64,000 nucleotides of DNA from Protoeuglena noctilucae. Taxonomy: Eukaryota. How positions within the stretch are numbered: the first letter of the stretch is position 1; every line of letters begins with the position of its first letter. Under the pieces are notes generated by a model. That model saw only the letters and a program-made list of their open reading frames with translations, ran no database searches and was not told the origin of the DNA. The stretch covers positions 186,001 to 250,000 of the forward strand of contig OY253684.1 in the NCBI GenBank assembly GCA_958009085.1. Direction: 5' to 3'. Positions 24,310 through 36,000 of the stretch are shown here, piece after piece. The position numbers were made by a program, and so were the translations under genes.

Positions 24310-27300
24310 ATGGGTCGCGTCATGGCCTTGGCTGCGGCCCTCCTGCTCCTCGCGAGCGTGGGGGCCGTGCCGGGGGGTGCCACCGTTTTGGACGTCTCTG
24401 CCGTCTTCGGTGAGGGCCGGCTGGAGCACGTGCGGGGCACGGATGACGGTAGGATCTCGTGAGCGCCAACGGGCCCCCCGTCGCCGGGGACCACCGCCCG
24501 ACGGCTTTCCCTCGTGCAAACCTGCCCCGGCCCGTCCACGCAGACGACATCTCGCAGTGGCCGGGATGGAACGCCGTGGCGCTGACGAATGTCCAGTCAC
24601 CGATGGATCCCGCGTCGGTCCCGCGGAGCTTCGCCTTCTCCAGCGCCACGCCCGACTTCCTCGAGGTGTGCACGCTTGCCCCCCGCGTGAGCCGCGGTCC
24701 TCCGCCGCCCCGCAATTGCGGTCTTCGTCTCCTTATCCGCGTCTCGGACCCGTGCGAACGCTCCTGCCCCGCAGTTCAAGCTGTTTGTGACCGTGCAAGG
24801 CATTCAGCAGGACCTCCTGTGGGATGCGGTGTGGTGGAGCGCGAGCCAGGTGGCAGAGTGGGAGGCGCTGATGCGCGAGTCGCAGACGCCACTGATGCCC
24901 GGGGGGACGGCGAGCCCGGCGCCGGGCGCCACGTCCCCTCCTCGTCGACGCCTCGAGGTGCGCCCCCCCACCGATGAGCGCCAGCGCTGTTGCTGATGTG
25001 CGTCTCTCATCCCATCCGCGCAAGCGAATGCCTTGTTTGTCATGTCGCAGGCTGCCGCCCCGACGGCCACCCCCGGGGGAACGGCTGCGCCCCAGACGCC
25101 CCTCGCGACGCCGACGCCGACACCATTGCCGACTCCCAGCCCCACCCCGAGCCTCGTCGACCAGTGCCTGGCGGAGTGGGCGGCGTACCAGTGGGCCCCT
25201 CCCCCGCCCTCGAGCCTGTCGTGCGTCCCCGCCGACGCCGTCACGCGGGCCCTCTTCGGCACCGCCCCTCTCTCCTTGGAGGCATCTAACGTCCTCTCGG
25301 ACGTCCTCGCGTCCTCCGCGGCCGTGCGCGCCATGCCGCAGTGCACCACGACCTGGGACGCCTGCGGCCTGCCCGTCACGACCCCCGACACCGCCTGCGT
25401 CAAGACGGTCGTGTTTGAGGCCAAGCGATGGGTGGCCGAGGCGCTGCAGTGAGCGCGGGGGTCGACTAGCTGTGAGGAGGCGCTCGCACAGGTTCGGGGC
25501 ATCACACGAGCATCGGCCCGTCCCCTCGCCCGCAGAAATCTGGAGGTGTCCGGCAAGTGGTGGAACGCTGACCCCAAAACGGGAGACGCGGTGACCTTCT
25601 CGTGCACCGGGGAAGGCCTCTTCGCCGGCGTGGCCTTCCTGGTCGGATGGAGGTACCAGGACCCTGTGCGCATCGCGGGCGTTTCCAACAACGGCGTGCC
25701 CCTTGGCGTGGCAGACGCCGCCCCGGGCGCCACCCCGACGCCGACGGCCACGCCTGCGCAGTGTGCCGCTGGCAGCGGGACGGCATCGCCCGCGGCTGGC
25801 ACGGCGCCGTCGCCTGCGCCCGGGGCGGCCCCCACAGGCAGCCCGGGCCCCGCGTCGCCATCGCCGGCCAGCCCGGCGCCGACGGGCACCTCGACGCCCG
25901 GGAGTGGAGCGTGCCTCGCGTCTGCGCCCCCGGAAGTGGACCTGGTCGCGGGGGTGAGTGGGTGGGGCAGGGACGCACGCACCTATCTGGGAGCTGCTGG
26001 AGCGCAGAGGGGGACAGAGCAGTGCCGCTCCTACCTCGTCACAGGCTTCGGGGAGCGTGACGCTGACGGTGGGCCTCTCGCAGCCCGTCAGCGCGGGCAT
26101 GCAAGTGTGGTGCGTGGCGGATGAGGACATGGGCGTCATCGGGGACAGTTTCTGGGCGTACGGTGCGTGTGTCCGCTGCACATCGAACGCCGCCCGCCGC
26201 TGCCCGGGGCCGCGTGCTCGTCTAATCATGACATTCATCGCCGCCTCGCAGACGGGTGTGCGTTGGAGTGGGCGCTGTCCGACATCCCCGCGCCAATCCT
26301 GGCGCAACTGCGGGCCCAGGAGCAGAGCCTGTCCGCCTGCTACGCCGCCATCAGCAGCCCGACGCCGGGGCCCTCGGCAGGACCCACCAGCGCCACCCCC
26401 CAGGGACCCGCGTCCGCCCCAACGCCGACCTTCGCGCCCAAACCGACAAGTCAAGCATCAAATCGCAAGCTCTTCGCCGGCGGCGCGGGGGCCACCCCGA
26501 CCCCGACGACCGCGGCGGGCCCTACCCCGGCCTCGACGCCGCAGACCGACCCCTGGCAACTCTGCTGGGAGGCGTACGGTGAGCGAGGCAGTGTTGCTGA
26601 CCATACAGGCGCAGCAGCAGCAAGTCGACGATGGGCGCTGTCAACGCCTCGGCAGGCAGACAAGGCGCTTGACGTTCCTGCTCGCAGGGTGCCATATGCT
26701 GCACTAGCAAGTGGCCCGGGGGGTCACGGGCGACGCGCAGGTGTCTGGCATCGTGCCGACCGTGTGCGGCGCGGGCGTCCCCTGCTCCGCCGGCAGCCCC
26801 CCGGTCCCCACCACGAGCGCCGCGGCGCAGGCGCCGGGGCCCACCCCCTCCGCACCGGCGCCGACGGCTGCCGGAGTGTCTGGGCGTGGCACTCCCGGGG
26901 CAGCGCTGCCGAGCGACGCGTCGGCGCAGGTTAGAGAGACGGGCGGCGGCATATGCGGGTGGCAGTGGTTTGCTTGCTTTATGGGACTGCAGCGACGCCC
27001 TGCCACAGCCCCGCTCGCAGAAGGGCGCGGCATCGCCGGGTCCCTCCACGCCAGCCCCTCCCCCGCCCCAGTACACGTCCCTCTCCATCTCCTTTGGCAA
27101 GAAGGGCGACTACGTGCAGCCGGGCAACGTCTACTGCGTTGGAGCGGGCGGCAAGATGGCCTACGACTGGCTCTACTCCACCACCACCGACGCGGGGGAG
27201 TACTTCCCCACCAGGTGCGCGACACGCGGCGCTTCTTCAGCGATTGCCTCTTTAAGGTGACAACATGCATGTCATGAATCTCCATGTTCGAGCCCCACCC

Positions 27301-28485
27301 ACCCGTCTCTTTCCCAGGGTCGGCTCCATCTCTGGCGTGGTGTCCCTGCGCCTGAACGGCTGGGGCGCCCCGCCCACGAGCGCGACGGACGGGGACATCA
27401 ACAGCCTCAAGCAGCGCCTCGCGTGGAAGGTCACGGTGGAGCAGAACACCATCATCCCATCGCTGGCGCTGCAGGGCCGGGGCACCGATGGCACGCTCGC
27501 GTGAGGCCGCGCCGCCGCGAGGGGCCCGGTTTGGGCGCGCGAACCGTCCCGTCTGCTCTCGGCTGTCCTTGACGCCTGCGTGCTCACCTGCCCCCCGCAG
27601 GCTGGTGGAGGCGCTGGCGGAGCTGCAGCGGGAGGTGTTGGGGAGCATCGTGACCATTCCGAGGGGCATGTACAACGTGCAGATCACCACGCAGGGGTCG
27701 AGCCTGGGCGGGGCCGTCACCGCGTCCGCGGGGCCGGGGCCGGCGCAGGCCCCGCCCGTGACGGCGTCGCTGTCGGCGGGCATCGCGGCGGCGGCCATGC
27801 GCGCCACGGGGGCGTGGGCGGGGTCCCGCCGTCGCCTGGCTTCCGCGGGGGGCGTGCCCTTCTACGTCGCGGACGCCCAGAGCCGCGACGCGTACCTGGC
27901 GGACGTGGGGACGGTGGAGCCCTCGGTGGACGACCAGACCTTCACCGTGACGCACACCATCTACGCGGCGAGCCTGCCGGACGCGACGCAGATGCAGACG
28001 GCCATTAACAGCAACCGCGCGCAGCTCGACGTGGGGTGGAAGAGCATGCTGCAGAACACGCCGGCGCAGGTGCGCGGCCAGGGCGTGGGACGGCAGTTAG
28101 GGTTGGCCGGCCCGCACTTGGCTCTGCGAGCTTCGGGAGCACGTGCCACAACATTATGCCCATGCGCCCGCCCCCGCAGACTCCGACGCCAGCGCCGGCT
28201 ACGTCGGCCACGCCCGGCGCGGGAGGCCCGACCCCCGCGGTGGCGTCCCCGACGCCCCAGCCGACCCCCTCGATCCAGCAGCTGCTGTCGACGGTGGCGG
28301 GGAGCATTGTGGTGAAGACCAACCGCGTGCAGCAGCCGGTGCGAGTGGCGCTCCCGAATGAGAGCCTGGACGAGCTCGCGTACGGGCCCGGGCAGGAGAG
28401 CGGGGCCGCGGCGACGGGAGGGGCGAGGCCGTGGCTGGTCGCATCCTGGTCCGCGGCAGTTGCGGTGGGGCTTTTGCTTGGATGA
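24310..28485 (+). CDS. Secreted Pro/Thr/Ala-rich cell-surface or cell-wall glycoprotein with Cys-containing modules and hydrophobic C-terminus
   Basis: Signal-peptide-like MGRVMALAAALLLLASVGA, repeated ATPTPT/SPAP linkers between globular segments, and C-terminal PWLVASWSAAVAVGLLLG*. Confidence 0.75.
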
Positions 28486-28656
28486 GGTGCCGGTAGCACT
28501 TCGTAAGTAGCAGGTTAGACTTAGGACGGATGCATGGGGTGATTTGTGATACTCGTGTCTTGCGCTTAAACGGACCTTTCCGACACGATCGCCGGCGCGG
28601 CGATCCAAAACAACAGAGCGGGCTGCACCCGCGATAGGTACAAGATACGGAAACGG

Positions 28657-29427
28657 ATGACGATGCGAACTGCATCCGCGCTTCGTGCGAGCATCCGGCG
28701 GCGCCTCGTGATGGCAAAATGCGCCCCGCTCGTGACGCTGGCGAGGCCCGCGGTGAGAGTCTCGCGCGCACGCGGTTTGAGCATGCGGTTTGTTGTAACT
28801 GCCTCATACAGTGCGGATATCGTGCGCCCGCAGCAAGCAGCGCTCGAGGTCAAGCGATCCAAGTTCTTGGCGTCCGCTTGGCCCGTGCACTCGGCTGAGG
28901 AAGCTGCAGAGCTCATCCGCGGCGCATCGGACGCGTCAGCGAGCCACAACTGCTATGCGTACAAGATCGGGGCCCAGGTCAAGAGCTCCGACGATGGGGA
29001 ACCGGGTGGGACAGCGGGGCGGCCAATCCTGTCCGCCATCGAGGCTGAGGGATTGGATAACATAGCGTGTCTCGTGGTGCGCCACTACGGAGGCACCAAG
29101 CTGGGCACTGGGGGTCTCTCGCGCGCCTACGGAGAAGCAGCACGAGCCTGCCTCCGAGAGGGAGAGCGGGAGACGGTCTATCCGCAGAAGCGCGTCGTCC
29201 TGACCGCCCCAGTCGATTTCACGGGGGTGCTCTACGAGGTGCTGGGCAGAGTCGACGCCTCGGACGTGACCAGCTCGTTCTCGGCCGATGGGTGTCAGCT
29301 GACGGCCACGGTTCGAGCAGACCAGACAGACGCCCTCGAGGCGTGGCTGAGAGAGGCGTCCCGGGCTCGCGCCGCGCTTCGAGTGGATCAGGCGCCTACT
29401 GAAGGCAAGTCAAGCCCAGGTTCTTAA
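28657..29427 (+). CDS. IMPACT/YigZ (UPF0029) family protein, intronless, with transit-like N-terminus
   Basis: EVKRSKFLA, ASHNCYAY, SDDGEPGGTAGRPIL and VVRHYGGTKLGTGGLSRAY. Confidence 0.93.
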   Translation: MTMRTASALRASIRRRLVMAKCAPLVTLARPAVRVSRARGLSMRFVVTASYSADIVRPQQAALEVKRSKFLASAWPVHSAEEAAELIRGASDASASHNCYAYKIGAQVKSSDDGEPGGTAGRPILSAIEAEGLDNIACLVVRHYGGTKLGTGGLSRAYGEAARACLREGERETVYPQKRVVLTAPVDFTGVLYEVLGRVDASDVTSSFSADGCQLTATVRADQTDALEAWLREASRARAALRVDQAPTEGKSSPGS

Positions 29428-30075
29428 GTCGCGGGAGCGGAGATGCACGATGACGCGCCAGCGACAGAAACCGACAGACCGAGAACAGGCGGTAGCTCAT
29501 AGCGCATGGCCCGTCTCTCGATCCGGGATGTCTGATCGTCCAAGTCCGGCCAGCCGTTGACCAGGGGATATCCGCCATCGGTCGATGGTGAGTGCTGGGT
29601 GTCCTTTTGTTTGCGTGCGAGGCTATCTTCAGCGACCACGACCAGCGGCAAGGCACCGCGCCTTGGCTCGGATACCTAATTCTCTGTCCCTGGCACGCAG
29701 CTGGAGGCTGCCGCGATATTCCTGCTCGCGTCTGCAGCCGCGTGTCTCTTCTCGTTGCTGGGTGCCGGTCTTTGCGCGCTCGTCCAGGTAATTCATGAGA
29801 CGAAGCGACTATTTGACTCCTGAATCATCGATAGCATCACGAAATGAGTACCGTCACGGGGGTAAGTGCCGCGGTCCTCGCAGGGCGTGAGGCGAGATCG
29901 GCACAGGCGGGCGAGGTTCCTTGGAGAGGATCAAGCTGACGAAGAGGAGGGGCTGGAGCCGCCGGCGGGACCGAGATCCAGCGCAGAATGGCTGGAGCCG
30001 GGGCCCTAGGTCGTCACGAACCCGGCCGGTCAGCCTAGCCAGCTGGCTTTCCTGTGCCCCGAGGAGCCGCCAGAG

Positions 30076-30516
30076 GTGATGACAGGGTCTTGTGCAGGGC
30101 TGGCAGTGCGGTGCAACGGTGTGGTGACCTTGTGGCCTCCACTTGGATCCCTGCAGGGCGCCAAGGCCCTGGAGCTGGCCCGCCTGGAGGAGCCCCTCCA
30201 TGACAGGGAGGACCACAGCGGCGACGGCGTAGCATCGTCGCGAGCAAGCGCCGCGGCCTGGGTCTCGCACGGCCAAGAGGGGGGCAGGGGGGAGGGCGGG
30301 ACGGGGCAGTGGACCGAGTTGGGGTCCGTGCCGACAGCGTCCTGGGAGCAGCACCGCGCCGTGCAGTACCGCGTGCGCCGACGCGGAGGTGCGTTCCTCT
30401 ACAGCGTGCGGCTGCCGGGCGATGGCTGGTCCGTCCTCTTCACCAGCGAGAGGTTGCTGCCTGAGGAGGAGGTCCTGCTGCTTGCAGCGCGCCAGCTGAG
30501 CCTAGGGCAAAGCTAG
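30076..30516 (+). CDS. Short hypothetical protein (start uncertain)
   Basis: Open frame with coding-like composition; no recognised motif. Confidence 0.35.
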   Translation: MMTGSCAGLAVRCNGVVTLWPPLGSLQGAKALELARLEEPLHDREDHSGDGVASSRASAAAWVSHGQEGGRGEGGTGQWTELGSVPTASWEQHRAVQYRVRRRGGAFLYSVRLPGDGWSVLFTSERLLPEEEVLLLAARQLSLGQS

Positions 30517-30771
30517 GGCGCCGTCTCGTGGCAGAAATACCCTTGCATGGGGCATACTTGGAGAGCTACATCTGCAGTCCGTTTCAATCGCGAAAGTCGG
30601 GATCTGCCTCCATCGGCAGCCACGCCGCACCGCCTGCACCCACCCGAGCGACTCGGCCGCCCGAGCTGGCTGCTACGTAACACAAAGCAGCATATTAGAC
30701 TGCACACAGGGCTCGCGGGCCCGCGTCGGCCTCTGGATCGCTCGAGACGCGGGCAGCAGCCCCTCAGCAGC

Positions 30772-32991
30772 ATGCAGCTCGTGTTTGCCGTCTTGGTCGC
30801 CATCTTGCATTTGCTTGGCACGAGCAGGGGTCAAGCGTCTGCAGAGTGGCCGGGGACGGCAGCATGCGAGCCAGGCGCGGGCCTGATGTGCAGCAGCACC
30901 GCACATATCTTCCAGGGCTGGCTGCAGCGCGATGGGCTGCTTTCAGAGGCCCTGGCCTCGTCCCGTACCACCGTCTTCGCTCCATCCGATCGTGCGATGC
31001 GCTTGCTTGCGGCCCTGATGAGCGAGAGGGACTTGCTGGTGAGCATGTGGGTCGGGTTGCTACCTCACGCATGCTGTGGCCTTTTCATGCCGCAGCGAGC
31101 CCCAATCACCGCAGGAGGACTCAGAGCTGCGTAAGCAAGTGCTGTTGGCTCACTTCGTGCCGGGCGCCCTGCCCGCCTCCTCCCTCCTCGACAATGTGCA
31201 GCTGGCCACCGCAGTGCGCGGTGTCAGCCTCTCAGTGACATCAGAGGCCACGGCCTCCAGCACCATCTTCAACGAAGGAGGCAGCGAGGTGAGGTGGAGA
31301 TCGAGCGCAGATGCTAGCTGCGTACGAGTACCCTCGCCCTTCATCCTCATCTCCTGGCGCTCGCAGACCTTGGGACCCCAGGTGGTGGCCACAGACGGCG
31401 TCCTCTACCTCATGGACGAGCCACTCGTGGAGATCCTCGAGCAAGTGGGAGCCCGCTCCCGTCCCCAGCCAGCGGCCGACATGCCCCGCCCCGACAAGAC
31501 GCAGTCGTGCCAGGGCTTCGCAGCGAGGGTCGCTGAGGCGTGCAAGGCAGACATGTGCGGCACGTGTCACGGCACCATGTGCGTGGCGAGCCAGCTGACC
31601 GCGTGCCACAACGTCCTGGTTTCGAGCGACGGCAGTGCGTCAAAGCCAATGGTCACCTTCTGGACTGCCACGTGGGGGACGTTCCCCGTGTGCCGCACCC
31701 CATGCCAGGACCTGGCCGAGGGCATCAAGTGAGGCTGCAGAGATGGGGACATAAGGTGGGGCAAGAAGCAGAGATGGATGTCAATCTGTGATACTCGGAG
31801 CTGTGACACCCGGACACCCGCAGAGAGCTGGTGGCGGGTGGCACCCTGACTCAGCAGGAAGGCGATGCTCTGCAAGCGCTGCAGGGCAAGGACTCGGGGA
31901 AGAGCGGGTCTGGGGCGGAGACCAGGTGTGGATGAAATGCGAGTGACGGCGCCCGTACATGTGACGACGGCCCACGGATGCCCTGAACGGTCGTGGTTAC
32001 GCTCGTCGAATTGCAGAGTGTTTGTGGATGTGAAGGATAAGGACTCCCTGTGCGATTACGACAAACCGTGCCCGGATACCCCCACGCCAGACGGCTTCAG
32101 CTGCAAGGTGAGCATGGCGCGTGTTGGTCTACGTAGCTACAGCTCAGCGTTGGCTGGCCCAGTCACTCACCCACAACTGTGACTGCAGGACCAACTCGAC
32201 TGGGGCAAGTGCGAGCTTCCCTGGATGCGAATGGGCGGCTTCTGCCGGCTCACGTGCGGCGACTGCTTCCGCGACTGCCTCAGCCTCAAGAAGGGCGCGC
32301 AGGTGCGGTGCGGTGTCCCAGCACGCTGGCTGGCCTGAGTCGAGGTTTCAAACTCGCACAGGGTGTGGCCCGCACCGCCACGGGCTGCCCCGCGGTCTCG
32401 ACCCCGCAGTGCTCCACCACCCCACTCAGGCGCCTGGTCCCACTGCCCTGTGGCCCGGGCCTGGAGTGCCGCGTCCTGGACCCCGGCAGTGCGCCGCACG
32501 ATGTCCCGGACTCTGGAGTCTGTGCCCCGCGTGGCTTCCTACCCCGCATCCCGCCCTGTGCCAGCTCCCCCTCCCCTTCCCCACCCCCATCTTTGCCGCC
32601 CTCAACCCCTGGCCCCTCCCTCCCGGTCCCCTCGGGCCTCAGTGGCCCGACTTCTTCAGGGAACTCCTCTGAGACCACGCCCCAGGTCAGTGCCACATAC
32701 CACGGTGGCCTCCGCCCTTGCATACTCGCTCAGCTTCTACCGCAACACGCACCAGCGGGTGTGCCCTATGCAATCCGTGCTTCTCCACTGCAGCCGAGCA
32801 ACGTCGCGCGCTCCATCTCCCTGGCTGTCTTCATCGCGGAAAACGTCGCTCCTAAAAGCGATGCCGGCGGCGCTGGAGGGCCAGCGAACCCCCCGCCGGC
32901 TCCGGCGCAGCAGCAGCAGTCGACGGCGGCACGGATCGCAGTCGCACTGGCCCAAGCAGAGGGCGGCTATGGGGGTCGTCGCCGGCGTTGA
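30772..32991 (+). CDS. Secreted fasciclin (FAS1)-domain protein with Cys-rich modules and Pro-rich tail
   Basis: Signal peptide MQLVFAVLVAILHLLG. FAS1 motifs TTVFAPSDRAM, VLLAHFVPG and DGVLYLMDEPL. Cys module CPDTPTPDGFSCK(D)QLDWGKCELPWMRMGGFCRLTCGDC. Ends GGRRRR*. Confidence 0.8.
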
Positions 32992-33085
32992 AATGAGAGC
33001 ACAGAAAGCAGAGCTCTGCATGTCACCGCATTTGCACGCAAGTATTATCAACCAAATAACCCTGGAAGCCCGGTTGCCGTTTCTG

Positions 33086-36000
33086 CTATAACAGCCCAAG
33101 GGATGGCCCCCGTGCCTCGAATCGCTCCACGGCCGCCGCCACTTCCGGCCGCGCCATCTCTGCCCGCACCGCCCGCTCCTCCGCCTCCCTGTCCATCTGG
33201 GCCACCCCGCCCCGGCGGTGCAGCATGCGGCTGCGCGTGTGGCGGTCGTACAGGCGCGTGTGCAGCCGCGCGCCGGCCATGCTTTGGCGGCTCAGCGCGC
33301 TGAGGGCGCTCTCCCGCGACGGTGGGGGACGGCCACCCTGCATGGCGTTGCGAGACGCGCAGTGAGGACCGTGAGGGCAGGTGTGTTAGGCAGCAAAGAG
33401 CTAGCAGCCAATCATGGCAAATCTCTTCTCTTCACCTGATGCCCCGTGGACGCCTCGACTGCAGCACTGGGGCCCGCCTCGAGGGTCGCAATGGCCGGTG
33501 CGCCACGGGTGACACCCTCGCTGTCCGGCCCCGCAGACCCAGGCTGCCGACCCCGCAGCGCCGCCTCCTGCTGCCGCCGCTGCGCCCACGGCAGGCGCTC
33601 TGCACCACCGCCACGCCCTCCCCCCTGCCCCGCCCTGGCCTCCCCTCCCGGCTGCATGAGCGCCAGAGACATGACCACTGGCAGTGAGCCCTCTGCCGAT
33701 GGCGTTCGCGGGTCCAGGAAGGACGGCTCCTCGGCCACGCTGGCGTCAGATGGGACGCCCCTGCAGACAGGACGAGGTCTGTGCTCGCCGCGGCATCTTA
33801 CAAGGGGGTACTGTCATCGAGATGATGTGTTCAGTCGCCCCCATCATCGCCTCACCTCTTGCCGATGGGGGGCAGCGCAGCAGACACGGAGCCGGGCTCC
33901 TCCACGGAGTGCCTGTCGCTCAGGCGCAGGATGTCCGGCCCCGCTCCCAGCAGCGACCCCACCACCTCCTCCGCGCGCCGGGGGGGCGCCCCAGCCACCA
34001 GCGGCAACAGCCCGCCCTCCGCCACCTCCCATGACGCAGCCACGGGCGCCCCATCCTCCTCACCCTCCACCCCGTCCCTCCCCACCATTGCGGCCGCGAA
34101 CGAGGGATCCGGACCCAGCCCCGCCTCCTCTGCCGCGCCGTCCTCTTCCCCGCAGATGGCTCTGGCGTACGCCACCACCTCCCGGAGCCCCTCGGCATGG
34201 ATGCGCTCGTTCGGCGGCGGGTAGGGCTCTCCCCGCAGCGTGAACGTCTCCCCAAACACCTCGCCCAAGATATCCCCGATCTCGTGGCACAGCTTGTGGG
34301 CGTAGAGCAGCCGCGCGCACACGTCCTCCATCCCGGCGGCGGTCCCCAGCTTGGGCCTCCCGCCGCCCTCGGCCGCCCGGGCCAGGTGCGACGTGAGGGA
34401 CGCGAACTCCACGAGGGCCCTTTCGCGCTCGACCATGGCCGACGCCGCGGCCTCCCAAAGCATGACCGCCTGCTCGAAGCGGGAGGCCCAGGGGGACCCA
34501 CTCTCGCCGTACTTGACCGCCATGGCCGCCCGCTGCGACGGCGTCATCTGCAGCAGCTCCCAGATGCGCGACAGCCGCGCGTGCAGCAGCGCGCTGTACA
34601 CGCTCTGCGGCGGCGTCGACAGCCGCCGCGCCGTCGCGCCCCCGTCCGCGGCGCGGAGTGGGCTGCGGCGGCCGCCCTGCGCCGCCGTCCCCGGCGTTGA
34701 GGGCGCCTCCGCAGTGGCTGCGGTCGGGCGCTGGCTCCGCGCCATCCCCGTCGCCAGCGAGCGCTCCAGCTGCCCCAGGGGGTCCTCCACCGCTAGGGCA
34801 TCCGCGACGCCCTCGCGCCATTCGTCCTCCACCCCTCCGCGCCCCACCGTCTCTGCCGCGGCCATCGTTTCACCCGCACCCGGCGCGCCTGGGCCAGCGG
34901 CCGCCATGCCCTGCGCCCCCGCTCCCCCGAACATCCCCCCGCCCCAGTCCCCAGAGTCCTCCTGGACCAAAGCTGGCGCGGTTGGGGCGGGGGTGCCGCG
35001 AGCGGTGGGGGGCGCGGGGGAGGGGGCGGACTCGGGTGCGGGGGAAGGCCCCGCCTTGGCGGCAGGGTGCTGGGGACCGAGAGGGGATGGCGAGTGGGGC
35101 ACTGGGGAGGCGGGGATGGGGCCGTACACGAGGGGGGCTGCAGCGGCGGGCGTGGGGGACGGGGACGATTGCAGCAGCACGTCCCCCAGGCCGCGGCCGA
35201 GGATGGAGGCCCCGCGGGCGTCGGTGAAGGCCGTGGGGACGGGGGTGGTCGTCCCTGGCTGGGAGCCGCCGCGGGAGGCGGGGCGGTTGGCGAGGGCACT
35301 CGAGGGCACGCGGGAGGAGACCCGGCCGAGGTGCGACTCGTTGGCAGCGGCGTCGCGGCGCTTCATGAAGCGGGCGGGGTCGTATGCTGCGGGGCAGGGG
35401 CGAGGGGTGGGATGGTGAGAGACACTCATGTCGCTCGTCGCAACCTCTTTCGAAAGGGAGCCCAACAAAGTCCAACTCTATCCTTCGTAGCTGCATGAAC
35501 CATGGAATAATCAGCTGCCACACGCTGGCGCGCCCGCCCTCGCCTGTGTTGGCCAGGGAGGAGAGGCGCGTCATGTCGCCCATGATCTCCATGGACCGCA
35601 GGAGAGCCTTCCCCGATGCGTTGAGCAGGCCCTCCGTGTCCAGGTCCTCGTAGTCCTCCGGGACCGGCTCGGCACGCGTGCTGTGCTCTGCCCGGGCACG
35701 CTCCATGTCCAGCCGAACCTGGGGCGATGGGAACGACAATGACCTCTGGCGAGACCACGCAACGAGCATCATATCAACCTCTGTTGAGACCATACAGCGA
35801 CCACACCGCAGCTTCAGCCACAGGAGCGCTCAGGGACGCCGCCCCCCGTGCTTGAAGTCGTGGCATGCCGCGTCTGGACCGCACGTGCTCGGCGTCGCCC
35901 TACCTTGCGTGCGATGATGTCGGCGACGACGTCCTTCTTCCGGCTGGCCTCGGCGGTGATGCTCTTGAAGAATCCCTCGGGTGGGCGTTCGAAGGTCGAC

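Noticed and set aside
31730..31732. Apparent stop ending the fasciclin gene early
   Set aside because: The TGA overlaps a gtgagg splice donor, and downstream Cys-rich exons continue the protein
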